A DNA stretch of 63,658 bases, counting the filler, from Choristocarpus tenellus KU-1152 (lineage: Eukaryota > Protista > Phaeophyceae): assembly GCA_964200185.2 (NCBI GenBank). It is 12 parts of 12 records of this genome, joined end to end, with 100 filler letters (N's around TTAATTAATTAA, not from the genome) between each part and the next. Parts side by side here need not be neighbours in the genome. Positions count along the whole stretch, not along the records: positions 12,039 to 23,507 come from CAXNAD020002297.1; positions 23,608 to 30,473 come from CAXNAD020007186.1; 10 more parts are not named here. One strand, written 5' to 3'. Made by a program: the position numbers and the translations under genes. Positions within the stretch are counted from its first letter, which is position 1, and every line of letters starts with the position of its first letter. A model generated the notes under the pieces. That model did not search any database and was not told the origin of the DNA. It saw only the letters and a list, made by a program, of their open reading frames with translations. This document shows, one piece after another, positions 13,746 to 26,900 of this stretch.

Positions 13746-14279
13746 GTCCCTGTTGTTGCTGCTGTTGGTGGGGATCTACCGATTGTGCTGGCTGCGGTAT
13801 TTCTGGATAGGTTCACATCTGCCGATGTATAGAAAGTGCAAGCAAGCCTCAAAAACCCCTTACCAATGACCTAACTCACCATCCTGAACACTCCACGAGT
13901 GGAGTGGATGTTTGAGGTGCTGCTCCGTTGGGTGAGAGAGGATATTCGCCTGACCTTCCACTCCCTCGGGAGTATGTATACATACACAATTATATCATAC
14001 ATAGTATTTGCATACTGGTATTTTTAAGGTGTATTCATGGGGGGGACAAGAAGCAACATACCAGGCAAAGAATACAACAAACGCAACAACAAGAGCGTCT
14101 GATGTTGCGGATAATAATGCCTTTCTACATCACCAGCCACAGTTGTAGTACTATATTTGAAAAGAAATGAAATCTATTCATATTAGGAGGGTATGTACTG
14201 GTAATTTCATTATCAGCAAAACAAGAAATACACAATACACGGGTAGCTGAACTACTCCTATACAGAACGACACCATGAA

Positions 14280-15700
14280 GGTGACCTATAATGAGGGGAA
14301 GAGTCCCACAAATTCATCAAGTCCCGTCTTTTCCACTTGCCCAGTATCTCCAGCTTGAAGTGCATGACATACCTTGAAATTGTCTTTATGATGTGACGGG
14401 CACAATCTGTCACAGGCACACCTTCGCCACTGCCTTCCTACTAGGAAAACCCCCAGCCCCCCTGCCATCCACTATATGAGTCGTCAGTCCATCCAGGAAT
14501 CGCTTTGCCTGTGGGCCGAAAAGTTCAAAGATTTCCAATGCCAAGGTGTAGCAACTCCGGGCCTCTGCTGCAGCAGCACCAATGCGAGTATTTTGGTGCG
14601 TATATGTCCGCTTGGACATCTCTACGAAGGTCACATCCAGGAGGAGACTCTTTTAGTGGTAGGGAGCAGGAGTGACTGCGTTGAACAGTGGGCCAGCATG
14701 AATATCTCATCAATGTGTGCAATGGATGCCCACCCACCCGCTTGCAGATATCGCCCAGTTGCCAAGCAAAGGAGAGGCAAAGATCCAACATGTATGTATG
14801 CAACCACTCTGTTGCTTTGGTACTCCTTTGCTTATAGATGCAATGCCCTATGTAGCTTCTTGTCATACTCCCACGTCATAGTTGTGAGAACGGAGGACTG
14901 CATGCACAGCATGATCTGCTCGGAGTATGTATTTCCTGTGTATATTCCTACATAAATCATACGATCAACAAGAAATGCAAAAACCAAGCAGATGAGTAAT
15001 TCTCCTGTGTAAGGCTTCACAAGGGTTTCTTCTTGTCTTTCTCCCACGCCCATGGAAAATGTTGATGGAGAACCGCAATATATGTAGTCAAACTATTTGT
15101 TTGCTTCCAAAAAGTGATTTTAAAAGATGGCAATGAAGCAGCTGCAGACTATCAGTGGCCAGGCAGAGTCCCCTCTGGAAAAATGATAAATATCTCACAC
15201 TAAGTCATCACCACTACCCTCAAAGTGATGTGCCACACACTCTTCTCAGGTCATGCGGCCTCCTTTCAAACCCATAGTACCAATGAGAAGAAGGCAGAGA
15301 AAAAAGCATAAAAATGAGACCGCATTATTCCAACTGTGTATGTCATAGCGTCTGTGGACAAGAATTACTACGGTTGGGGTGGACCTTCACTCTGCAGGAT
15401 ATCGCAACAGATATCCCGGTTCCATCAGCAGTCACACCATCACAACAACCTAAGCAGAATATTCTATTAATACTACTGAACTACATACTACCGGACACTA
15501 GTTTGCAATATACAAAGAGGTCATCACTCAATCACATGAAAACGTCCCTGAATCCAAGGGAAGGCGCATTTGAGCCCTTCTATTCTATAGAGGAGGTCTA
15601 AGGTGCGATCAAAGCAGACCTGACCTCCATTGAAGGCTCTTGATCTGAGCCTTAACTTGAATATGTGTTGCAGGCAGCAGGTTCAAGCTTCACTGGGCAG
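14280..15700 (-). mobile_element. Degenerate CRE-like non-LTR retrotransposon (RT remnant, zinc knuckle, restriction-like endonuclease)
   Basis: Minus strand: AFN (RT), CKR.GGW.SI.H.DEI (knuckle), then LLLDVTFV...AAAAEARS..LALEIF...GPQAKRFL, the typical REL-domain tail. Confidence 0.65.
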
Positions 15701-15971
15701 ATGCGTACAGGCAAGTCATTGCAATGATACTGTGTAGAATGGAGAAAGGTCGTGTGTTTTTTAGGTGTGAAGGGGGGTGGGTAGGGGGGTGGAATGGAGT
15801 ATTTGTTCTGACTATGTTGGTAGTGATCGTCTCTCTGCCGGCTTGGGTTTGAGTCAGAATCCTCTCGGTGTAGTGTATCATTTTTTCCTGGCTGGATTGA
15901 TGTCAACAGGATTGGTGCTGAAGAGTGATGAGCAACTGTCATGAAGTTTTGATTACTTGTATTTGCCTGGT

Positions 15972-16149
15972 AGGTCAATGTATCTGGGGGGGGTGACATC
16001 TGTCCAATTGGGGCCAATTCTTTCATATCGCGATTTTTGGGTGATTTAATTCCACAAGTCGGATGGATAGTGAAAGTGCTCTTTTCCTGGTTATGGCCCG
16101 AATGGACACCCTGTTGTAGACCCCCTCCCACCCCCAGGTATTTTTGGTT
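15972..16149 (+). mobile_element. MITE family A, full-length diverged copy, probable TSD TGGT
   Basis: aggtcaatgtatctgggggggg ... ccccaggtatttttgg, flanked by tggt on both sides. Confidence 0.8.
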
Positions 16150-16799
16150 TGGTATTGGGACTGCACAGACTGAATGTGATTCATCTGCTTGCACTTTGTA
16201 CTCTGGACTTCTTAGTGGTACCAAATGGGTATTCCAGAGTACACTGCAAAAGGGTTGGTTTTGTTAGAAAAATTGTCACCTAGACCAAGCAGAAACCACC
16301 TTCGTCCTTGCAGACAATGCAGAGGATTAACTTAGGCAGCGTGTTTGTGTAGGTAATATTAAAGTCTGGACGTTTTCCATTTTACCATCCTCTATCAGTA
16401 GCTAGGGGAGCTCTAACACTCACAGGATATCAACAGCCAAGTGCTATGGCACAATGGAGTCTTGTCCACAAGGTACATAAGCTAGCAGGACAGCATCAAA
16501 ATCAGTTGTATTACAACTACAACAGAACAGAAACACATGCATGGTCTCAACACAATATAATCAATCGCAAAAGGCACTGCTGTTAGGAACAGTGACGCGA
16601 TAACAATGCCTAATCAATCTATCATGCCAAAATGACAGCAAAGTAGTCCAGCCTATGGTACAGACTCTCCACACGCCAACGAGCACAAGTTTGACATCAA
16701 ATGTGATCTTACCTCGATATTGCTGGTGTGACACTTCTGTGTGTCTAGCCAGTCAATGAAAAGCACACGTTCTACAGCCTCTAACAATTGGGTGAACTA

Positions 16800-17500
16800 A
16801 AACGTACTCTGAGAGTCGACTTGCAGCACAGCACAGCATAGCCGAGGCACTGCCCAGAGGAAAATCCTAATGTAGCTCCATATCACCACCGTGGAGACAT
16901 CTCTACCTGCGACTGACTCAACCTCCACAGGCACAAACTGTAATGCATGTTGTGGACCCTTAACGACAACACAACGTCACTATCTTCACGCATTCCTGTA
17001 CTAATACACATTTCAAAATTCAACCACAACTTTCCCCGATGATTGCACCTGCATAAACAATAATATATTCCCCTTCAACAAATACAGTACTTTTTGCTTG
17101 TGCAGAAATCCACAATGCACCCCTCCACATAAGATACTCTTGACAATCTCCTTCCCTGCACCAAGATGTACAACGATATATACTCCACAAGATAAATCAA
17201 CAACAATAATCCCCTGCAATAAAAAACAAACATCCATAAGGACAATTATTCCCCCCCCATAATAACATCTAAATACTACACAAGCAGATCCCCAGTATAA
17301 TACTACTTCCCATACACAACACATTATAGCAGAGCTAAACAGTCATAATACACACAGGTACCAACACAAATGCACCAACAGATCACTTGGAGCACAGGGG
17401 CACACAAAAATAACCAAACCTTCCCACAAAAAGGTCACACATCAGACACCAACACATCCAATCCCATACTGTGGCCAACCAGCAAAACGAGATACAAAAA
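16800..17500 (+). mobile_element. Degenerate Penelope-like element RT
   Basis: In order: RHLYL (ADLYL), FPDDCTCINN (YIDD...NN), SFLHQDV (FLDLD), KDNYSPPIITSKYYTSRSP (DKRDDF.FPI..FP...S..P). Confidence 0.55.
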
Positions 17501-17510
17501 AGAATGCCAT

Positions 17511-20446
17511 TTACAAATCCACCTCTCCTTCTGCCACTTCCTCCTCCTCCTCTTCTTCAGGGACATCCCTCCCATGCTCGGGGAAGCGCATAGCCCGGCG
17601 CCGATATATGCGCAGCATCTCGAAAGTTGTGTCACAGATCAGCCCCCAGAAGAGCTTATCCTCAACCTCGTGCTTGAGTACCAGCTTCCTGCGCTTGATG
17701 GACTTGGCAGTATCATGCGGAATATTCTAGGAGAAAAAACATGATGCAGAAGGGAAGAGGAGAGCGACATGCACACAACAAAATTTCCAAGAGGTGTGTC
17801 TCAATGCTGTTGACCTGACAAATCAGGCGGTTTGACAATTGGCTACCCATATTATGGTACTTCTTTGGTACCATCGAGTACAGGACGGAGAACAAGCAAA
17901 AGGATCCCATGCATGAGTCTGTTCAGCCCCATTGCCAAGTAAAGAATGGCTCACCAACAAAATCCTTCACTCACTGAGGTCTACCATATTAGTCAGAAGT
18001 AAGAAACTCAGCACTCATCAAGCCTGCCAATATGTAATCATTTTCTCCTCTCATAACCCAAACCTCGTGAAAAGGTCCTTCATCACACTTCCATATCAAT
18101 ATCACCATTCATCCAACTAGGAAAACCCAACAAATAATGCCCATAAGATGTCAACACACACACCTAAACACCTGCAGGCAGCTGATCAAAACAACACAGT
18201 CATAACCTACGTCATTCTATCCTACCCACAGTATCCTAGAGGGCAGGTCAGTTGTTCATTGGGGACCTGTGTGACCCTGTAGAGATTTCAACGTAATATA
18301 AGGTAATGTGTAAGACACAAGGACAATTTTCTTGATCTGAACGGATCTTGCTTTTCCATTTCCTTTCCTCAATCAAGTTCAAGGAAACATCATTCACAAA
18401 ACAACCAACCCACTGAGCTATCATACAACACCACCTCATTGAGCCCCGATTGGACAACCTGGGCTAAACATTCCACCCTCTAGGAAACTATCACCCACCC
18501 CCTTCTCCCCGTCCTACACAGAAAACACACCTCCCTCCCCCCCCCATACATATTATGCAATAAAAATGTAATATGGGTAAACGTGTGCTTGTTAAAGGTC
18601 CGACATACCTCCCGTAACTCATACTCTGGGTCTGCACCATGTTCGCATGAGCCGTTCACGGAAGCCAGATGGGTCTTGATTACCTCCAAGACCTCATCCA
18701 TGGAAGAGAAGGGCTCAAAGTCACCCCTGACGGGGATGACGCGACCAGGAGGGCGAGGATTCTCGGCCCAAGGGGTCAAGCGGCAAATGCACTCGCTGTG
18801 CTCAGCAAGCAATTCCCCTATCGCATCATTGACCATTTTCACGTGTGAATGGATGGCATGAAGGGGGGGTAATGGTCCTGCCACCTACACTCATGGTGAA
18901 TTCCACAACAAAATAGGTGAGAAGGACAGCAGAGAGAAAAAAACAGAGAGAGTCAGGTTAGTGTTTGGAGAGTAACGAATGAGCTCTGACCTATGTTCGC
19001 AGACACACAGAAAAGAGGGCAAGAAAAAATATATTAAAAGAGGAGTGTGTGTTAAAAAGGATGGACAGTAAAGCAAATGCTATCTATGATTTTTGTGGTC
19101 AGCAGTTGAACATCTGTCATATGCAGCAATCCTCCAGATTGAGGCCTGAACCACAATTCCTCAACAATATTCACCATTCTTACCCAAAGTCACATCTAAC
19201 ACGCTAACCAAGCCTGCCCAACCCTTTTCTCACCTCCTCCTTCAGGGCAGCATAAACCACCCTGCTGATGGTGGAAGAGCGACCCTTGACCTCCGTGGGG
19301 AGGATAGCACACCCCAATGATGCGTGTTCCTTTGGTCATGGTGTACGGATGAAAATGGGAAATGAATGGACAAGTTAGGGGTACGCTTGCTGGCCAGGCA
19401 TGGGTGTGTCCATGTGTTTGTGATTGCTGTACAAATGAGCCAATGTCGAGGAGGAGGGACAAGAGGCGATAAATGCAGAATATGTCAGGGGTATCAATAG
19501 GGCGTTCATAGTACTTTCCACTACTCCATTGAAATTCTACGCTCCCAGTCCACAGCCATGGCCTATCCCAGACATCACATACCTGCATTGCCCGGTTGAG
19601 CTCTGCCAGTGATGTTGATTGCATTGTGACTTCCACAATACGCTCAATCACTGGCCACCAGTCAAAGATGCAGGGATCTGTGGGCTTCCCATGCCCCCAA
19701 ATACCCCAGGGTCTTGATCCCTCATTATCCCGGTTTGACCGGTACAAGTCGGATCGAAATTCCTGTCCATCACTTGCTGCAAGCCAGACATTTACACGCT
19801 GTGGTGGCCTGGAAGGTGCTGTTGACGGTGATGGCGTACGGAAAGGTGGGATTGATGACAACTCCATCTGAGGTATTGTGGCCCGTCTGTAGGGAGGGAT
19901 CGGTGGTAGGCCTGACCGTCTCTCCTTACCCCTGGGTCCTGTGATGCCTCCTTCCTCAGAAAGGGCCTGTGTAGCCCCAGTGTCCAGGTCTTGATCAGCC
20001 CCCATTTCCCCGTCATCCCCACCACCTGAACTGACTTCTGGCTCAGGGTTGTTGAAACTGGATGCAACCACCGGATCAGTGCTGTGCTTACCCTTGAGCA
20101 GCCCTAAAATGGAAGCTGAGTGTTTTACCTTCTTGTCAACTTCATCAAGGACGTTCTCAGCATCTCCCTCTCCTCCACCCTCTTCCACATCCTCCTCTTT
20201 TCCACCCTTCTCTCCGATCACAATACTGCGCCTCAGGGAAGTCGCCATCTCTACTCCACTGTCCTTCCCAGGTGCTATCACTGCTGATACTGGAGTTCTT
20301 GCTAGGGCAGTCTTGTGGTATGGTGGCATTGCCTGTCCCGCTGCATATGGCTTGGTTATCCCCCTGCCGGATGGCCGCCCTATGAGAGATGAGAATATAC
20401 TTTCTGTCACCTGATCAACAAGCAGCGCTTTGCTGGCTAGTGTTCC
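17511..20446 (-). CDS. Multi-exon gene of unknown function with short introns. Exons include 20446 to ~19435, 18884-18609, one starting at 18479, one ending at 17815, and terminal exon 17726-17511
   Basis: 444-codon ORF 19196-20530. Phase-0 exons of 276 and 216 nt bounded by ag/gt. Introns of 129 and 88 nt. Terminal exon NIPHDTAKSIKRRKLVLKHEVEDKLFWGLIC...EEEEEEVAEGEVDL ends in TAA. Some internal boundaries are unresolved. Confidence 0.6.
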
Positions 20447-20789
20447 CTGTAGGAGGGTAAAGGGAACACCATAGGTTAGAAGAAAAAAATGTTTGAGAAG
20501 ATCACAAACCGAGATCATCAACAATTGCACGTCTCCATTCCCTAGGACCTACTGCTGAGATCATGAAAGCAAATGCCAACACCAGGATGTTTGGGTCATG
20601 TTCTGAAAGGGTGGTAAATAAAATTGTAATGGTCATTTCTGAAAAATATGAAATATGTCAACTTCTGTACTTGGGCACCGAATTTCAATGTTTGAAAACA
20701 TACAATGTGTTGTAGTAGATTCTGGCGTATCATAGAGCTGTAGGCTTAAAGCAACAGTGCATGTGTAGTGTGTCCTAATCTTCCTACAC

Positions 20790-21075
20790 AAGGCACTGGC
20801 AAACCAAGTTCTGCTTGTTGATCAAGTGACTGCAAGCTTATTCTCATCTCTGATAGGGTGGTCATCTGGGAGAGGGACTGTTGTGCCATATCTGGAGGGA
20901 CAGACAATGCTGCCATACCCCGAGATTGCCCCCATAAGGGATCCAGTACCAGTGGAGATGGGGACTTCGTCGGGGGACAGTGGTATGATCAGAGAGAAGG
21001 GAGGGGAAGAGGAACGCGTGGAAGTGGTTGGAGGAGAGGAAGATGCTGAGGTCGTCCTTGATGAAGTCGACATGA
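20790..21075 (+). pseudogene. Diverged inverted duplicate of exon segment 20130-20446
   Basis: ALANQVLLVDQVTASLFSSLIGWSSGRG...VLDEVDM versus GTLASKALLVDQVTESIFSSLIGRPSGRG...VLDEVDK. Interrupted by a MITE just before its gtaaga donor. Confidence 0.85.
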
Positions 21076-21374
21076 GGCTCAAAGTATCTGAGGGGGGGTG
21101 GCAGCTGTCCATTTGGGGGCCATTTTTCCATTTCACGATTTTTGTGTGATTTGGTTGCATGCGTTGGATGGATAGTGTAAGTTCACTTCCCCTGGTCAGG
21201 TCCCAAATGGACACCCTGGTGTAGACCCCCCCCCCACCTGGTTACTGTGACCCAAATTATCTAACTCTCAGTTCACCCCTAACCNNNNNNNNNNACTGGA
21301 GTTCAAACGTTGTCTCTTCCCATCTCAAATGGACCCCCCGGGGGAAACCCCCCCCCCCCCAGATACTTTGACCC
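21076..21374 (+). mobile_element. MITE family A with 4-bp TSD ATGA (contains a 10-N gap)
   Basis: atga|GGCTCAAAGTATCT ... AGATACTTTGACCC|atga. Confidence 0.9.
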
Positions 21375-22203
21375 ATGAAGGTAAGATTTTGAAAACATAC
21401 GACGTTGTAGTAGCTTTTGGTATATTATGGAACTGTAGTCATAGAGCACCAGTACATTGAGATTTTAGGTTCATCCACAGTCTATGTTGAATAAGTTGCA
21501 TACCAAACCTTTAGCCTCAGCTTGGAAAGCCAATGCTAGCATGAGGTTTCATTTGAAAATGCAGTCTGCCAGTGAGTAAATGGCGACTACTGCAGGACAT
21601 CTCACTAGTCTTGACTGTAAGTGCAACGTTGAAATATCTGTAAGAAGAGAGTAGACAATGGAAGCTGGAGAACCGGACCAACATGAGGACGTTCAAAGCA
21701 GGGAGAAGACACAGCAAGTTCCAGAATTCTATATGGAGATGGTGTCAACAAACAAAAAGACAGAAATGTTTGGTAGGTTGTGAGAGAGGGAGGGGAAACA
21801 AGGGCCAACAAAAGCCAAGAAACGTTGTCCTGTCAACCAAAGTCAGGCAGTACAGTGGGGAAGAGAAGGGATGAAGAGGAAAGGTCTCTAATCCCTAACC
21901 TCAACAGTCTTGATCCAGATACCATTGGTAAACAAGAACGGAGATCAGTGATAAAGTAGTGTGCCAGTCATTTGTTTTGGTTGATGTCTATCCCATGATT
22001 GCAATTGAAGCGGTTACTGGGGTGGAAATGGATGAGGGAAGGGGAGGGTTACAGTACGGGTGACTGGGGAGCAACTCTTCTGTTGGTGCAATACATTGAA
22101 TTGCTAAAAACGTATAGATAGACCATGAGAGCCTCCATCGTCCCCTTTTTAATCCACCCAGATCCCACCTAACCATCATGCACCTAAACTTCCCTGACCT
22201 CAC

Positions 22204-23340
22204 CTTTCCAACGCTTGTTCCATCAACAACAGGCTGACTGTCCGGTGAGTTCTTGTTGACACCTGTCACACTCTCATCCACCTGGATTGACGACAAGTGC
22301 TCCTCTGACAGAGCATTCTCATCTACCTCCTCCACCCCACCGCTTCCCTCTTGTTTCTCCCCTCCCTCCACTCCTTGCTCTGCCAATCCCCAGCACTCAC
22401 CAATACTGCTCTGAGTGGACCCTGGTCCCCAGCGCCCCTCCCATTCATCAGAGTCCTTGCTGAGGCACAAATTATCATTCTCCTGATTGAGGCATTCCTC
22501 CTTCACCGTCAGCGTCAGCGCCTGTACCACCCCAACCCCTGCCACCTGTGCACCAGCCCCCTCCACCGCCTCAACACCAAGCTTCTGTACCCCAACCTCC
22601 TCCAACCCCAGCTCCACCACGCTTCTATTGCCCCTAGAACAACTGCCAGTAGACGTAGCCCTTCCATTCCCTTCCCCGCCTTCCCTGACCGTCACTGCCT
22701 GTGGGTCCTCTGAAAACACATCCAAGCAGTCCTCACTGGGGTCATCGAAGGAGTAGGCTTCCCCAATCCCATCCGTGCAAAGCCCAGTGATTGACTCACA
22801 GTCTCGCCCCTCAGTTGACACATGGGCCAGCTCTGTCTTGCCGTTCACAGTTGTTGAGGAGGCAGTGGCACCTGAAGAGGGTCCAGCCACAACTGCCAGG
22901 GTTCCCTTGCTATGCCCAACGTCAAGGGTTTCAGCCTTGTCCAACAACAAGGCCCTATTCTCATCACCCTCACCAGAATCAATGGCAGGAAACAAAGGCA
23001 GTGACACCTCAAGGTCTTCAAGATCTCGGGCATTGCAACAGTCAACTTGGTCATCTATACCAGTCACAGGTGGTTCACACGTTTTGGCAGCGGTATGCCC
23101 GCGTACCTTGAAGGAACAATTGGGACTCTCCTTCAGGCTGGGTCCACTGGTACCATTGGAACTTTGGTGGAATATCCGCAGACTCTCCACCTTGCTGACT
23201 CTGCCATACTCACCCCTGCCTTGACTGAGAGCAAGGAGGGCAGGGATCAAGGGGTATCTAAAGACAATTGCAGGGGCAGAAAGAACAAGAATTTGGTGCA
23301 TTTCAAACTTGGGTGTGAACCACAATGTAGTGATGCTCAT
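22204..23340 (-). CDS. Large low-complexity (E/G/S-rich) exon of an unknown gene
   Basis: 450-codon open frame 21988-23340 with AAG|gtgagg donor at 22204/22203. No recognisable domain. 5' boundary uncertain. Confidence 0.5.
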
Positions 23341-23654
23341 TAATACCCAAGTACTACTGTGGCAAAAAAATCATCTTGGCATCAAATTTTGTGCTCCTTT
23401 TGGAATATAGAATGATGTTCAACTTCCATCTCAACCCACACTCACCCCCAGCACCGATCACCAAAATCACACCCTCTCCTTCTACCTTACCGTACCCATA
23501 CCCATAANNNNNNNNNNNNNNNNNNNNNNNNNNNNNNNNNNNNNNNNNNNNTTAATTAATTAANNNNNNNNNNNNNNNNNNNNNNNNNNNNNNNNNNNNN
23601 NNNNNNNGGAAAACGAGTTGCGGGGGTGAGTGGAGCTCAGACGCGTGAACTTCC

Positions 23655-23823
23655 GGGTGGGAGGCGGAGGGGGTCTACACCAGGATGTCCATTTGGACCA
23701 TAACCAGGAAAAGGGTACTTACATTATCCATCTTATGAATGCAACCTAATCACCCAAAAATCGCGACATGAAAGAATTGGCCACAAATGGACAGCCACCA
23801 TCCTTCCCCAGATACTTTGAGTC
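23655..23823 (-). mobile_element. MITE family A, near full-length
   Basis: gggggtctacaccagg...aatggacagcc...ccagatactttgagtc. Confidence 0.85.
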
Positions 23824-23979
23824 AGTAAGGTCGGGGCTTAGTTGGGGAGTCTTTTGAATTGAATACTATGTTTCTGGATATTTGAACACCAGAAAGGAAA
23901 GGGGACCTGCCATCATTGGTCGAGCATGATTCATTGGCCTTGTCCTTACATAGTTGCCTTGACCTACAATATTCAACTT

Positions 23980-26900
23980 GCCCAGAGGATTGTATTCACG
24001 ATAAAGGTAAGAAATTATACATTCCACTCATGTAGATCAAGTACAGTGGGATCAAATATTGCTTGCTATTCTCTGTTCACTCCATTCGTACTGGCGTCCA
24101 CTTGTGCCCTTTTTTTTTCTTGTTTGCACCTAAAAAGAAAATAATCAATCATGAACTCATGATCCATGGTTCACAGGAAATAGTTCCCGATAGAATGACA
24201 AGGATCAATATGAAGTCAATGTAAATGAGAGGAGCCCAGGTTTGCATCTCAAGGATGTTGACAAATATGCGCAAATTTCGACTTTTGAATAAGTATGTGT
24301 AAGGAATTCTGACTTCTGTTGCAACTTTCAAACAAAATAGAGAAATTAACGCTCTCAAGTCGATCTTAGTACTTCATTCATAGAAACATGAGTGAATTGC
24401 AAAAGATGAAAAAAAAAAGTAGCTTAATATTCAAAACTGCCAAAGCCTGAGTACCTCTCGTTTGCTTTGGCTCTCGGTCTAAAAAGGGGGAGGTCACAGA
24501 TCTGCAGTGTCTGTGAATGAGAAGTATTCTGTACGTATGTTTGCATACCATCAGCAGATGCCACGAAGAGACTGTTTCACAGGATAATAGCCTATCCATA
24601 GCTTGGTTTTCTATTGTAAGTATTGCAATACTTGTGGCACACAGGTGGAATGTACAGAACGCTATATGAGGGGAGGAAACACGGCAGATAGGCAAAGAAG
24701 TGGTAACTGACGGTGTAAACTAAGTTGTTATTTCCCTTCGGTGGTACTAGTGTGACTGGTCTAAAGGCATGACTCCGAGATATCATGGCATAAACAATAA
24801 ATTCTTCCCATACATGCTGGTTCAGAGGGAATGTGGTATGGACCTTTGCTTGTTCTTTGTTGAAGTTGATTAACTTATTTATCGTTTTGAGTGATAGTTC
24901 AGATTGGTGCGCCTTACTGGTTTATTTCGCACATCAATATATCATGAAGATTCGAATGCATGAGACTTGACCTGAACATTTTCATCCGTCACCCACCCGT
25001 CTCCCATTTCCCCCACCCGCTACACCTCCTAATATGCAGATTTCATTAAGCCTGAAAATCGTAACATGAGCTACACGGAGCTGTTGAATAGTCTCGACAC
25101 AGATAAAGGGATAAGAGTGAGTGAATTGGTTTTTGAACATGCAAACGGGCAAATATCTGTGAAAGGAATGTAGAGGGTGGTTTTTATTGGTCTATATCAT
25201 GAGTTACAATTCAAGGAATGCCGCTGGCAAAAGCGAGTTGTAGCTCCATCTCTTTCTTCTATCTTTCTTCAATATTGTTATCTTTATCGTTTCGGCTATT
25301 TGCCTACATAGGTGGTCAGGTTATGCTGTGCGTGGTTCATAATGTCTTGCAATATTGCTTGGCATCTTGAATTTGCTGAGGAAAGACACAGTCGACAGAT
25401 AAACAATGTCGAGTTTTTTTCTTATCCCCTCCCTGCTTGCAACCAACTTGAGCACGGACCAAGTCAAAAGATGCTCACCATGAGTTATTGAATCATGGAT
25501 GTCAAAAAATGGAACAATTACAGCAACAGTTGCCCATTTACAACAGACCAATACATCCTGCTGGTAGTTGGTACCGTTTACAACTGTTGGTGACCTAAGT
25601 TGCATAGGGTACTACTGTGCTTCCTTCATGCACTCATGTCAACCTTGAATCTCCTGACCTCAGCTTGAGGTCATTCGTAGTGAGGGAGCAATCAAGTGCA
25701 TGGTGACGGCATATTGTCAGCTGCTGGGGCAAGATGAGATCTACTTGCCAGTCAGGCAAGTACATTATACATTTTGATCATTTAGACCACACTTTAATGG
25801 TAGTAAACGGGAAGTAGAATATACGCCTATTCTGTTTTTCCTCGACTCAGATAGGGACCATTTGATGAAGCTGATGGTCTGCCCGTGATCACAGGGTAAT
25901 TTTGTCACGTATATCGTATCCCCAGAATTCTGGCACATTATGATTTGTGGAAGGGAGGGATAGAAGGGAAGCCTGCTGTAGGCCTTCGGTATGTTGCCCG
26001 AAAAGTTGATCTATTTGGTAGCCATTTCCTTTTTTTTAGTATTTTCTCTCACATAGATATCTGTTTCAGTTCCGATATGGTTTGATGCGTTTAAGCATAC
26101 CCCAGAGACGATGGTACATCCCACTGTCTGAACTCCACTTTGTGTCAGATGAATACATAGACATGAGTTATGTGTAAGGAGAGCACATGTTCGCCTTCAT
26201 GAAATATAGATACCTGATGTCTGACCGCAGATGTAGGTTAGCCTATGCTTTCATTCAAGACACGGGCAATCGTACGAACTACTAGTTAAAAAAAAAGCTT
26301 ATAACAAAGGAAGAGACTACTGCAAAATATTTGACGTCTATGAATGGTCACGTGCTTGTGACCTGTTCGTGTCCTGGTCATTCATACTACTGGAAGTGTC
26401 TTGATTGAAAGCATAATCCAACATAGATCTGTATTCAGAACATCTATATTTCATGAAGAGGAATGTGGGCTCTTCTTACTCATAACTCGTGTCCAATCAT
26501 GACTAAGTACCCACTTGTCTCGGAGAGTAGATCAGACAGTAAGAGCGTTGACTCGATTGTTGGAGTTAAATGTTCTGGTATGCAATAGAGGGGTGTCCTA
26601 TCAATATTTTAATGCCCCCCCTTGAGTGGTTGAGTGAAGAAAATAGATTGTACATCATTCGTATCAACCAATATTAGTGATCAACCTAGGGCAGAGGGAG
26701 GATAGAAATCCTTTTCATCTACATTGTAAAGGAAGAATCAATGACAAGGTTTGTCATATTCTAGGGACAAGATATGTACAAACTCCGAAGTCCTAGCTTC
26801 AACTGCTGAGCGAATGACCCTTTGAAAGGATACGTTTTCAGAATTCAGGTCATGCGGACAGCTTGGAACCCATTGATGTATCACTAGCCTTAGTATAATA

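Noticed and set aside
22351-23224. Plus-strand ORFs overlapping the 450-codon minus ORF (similarly 19596-20414 and 45126-45656)
   Set aside because: Antisense shadows of purine-rich coding sequence on the other strand.
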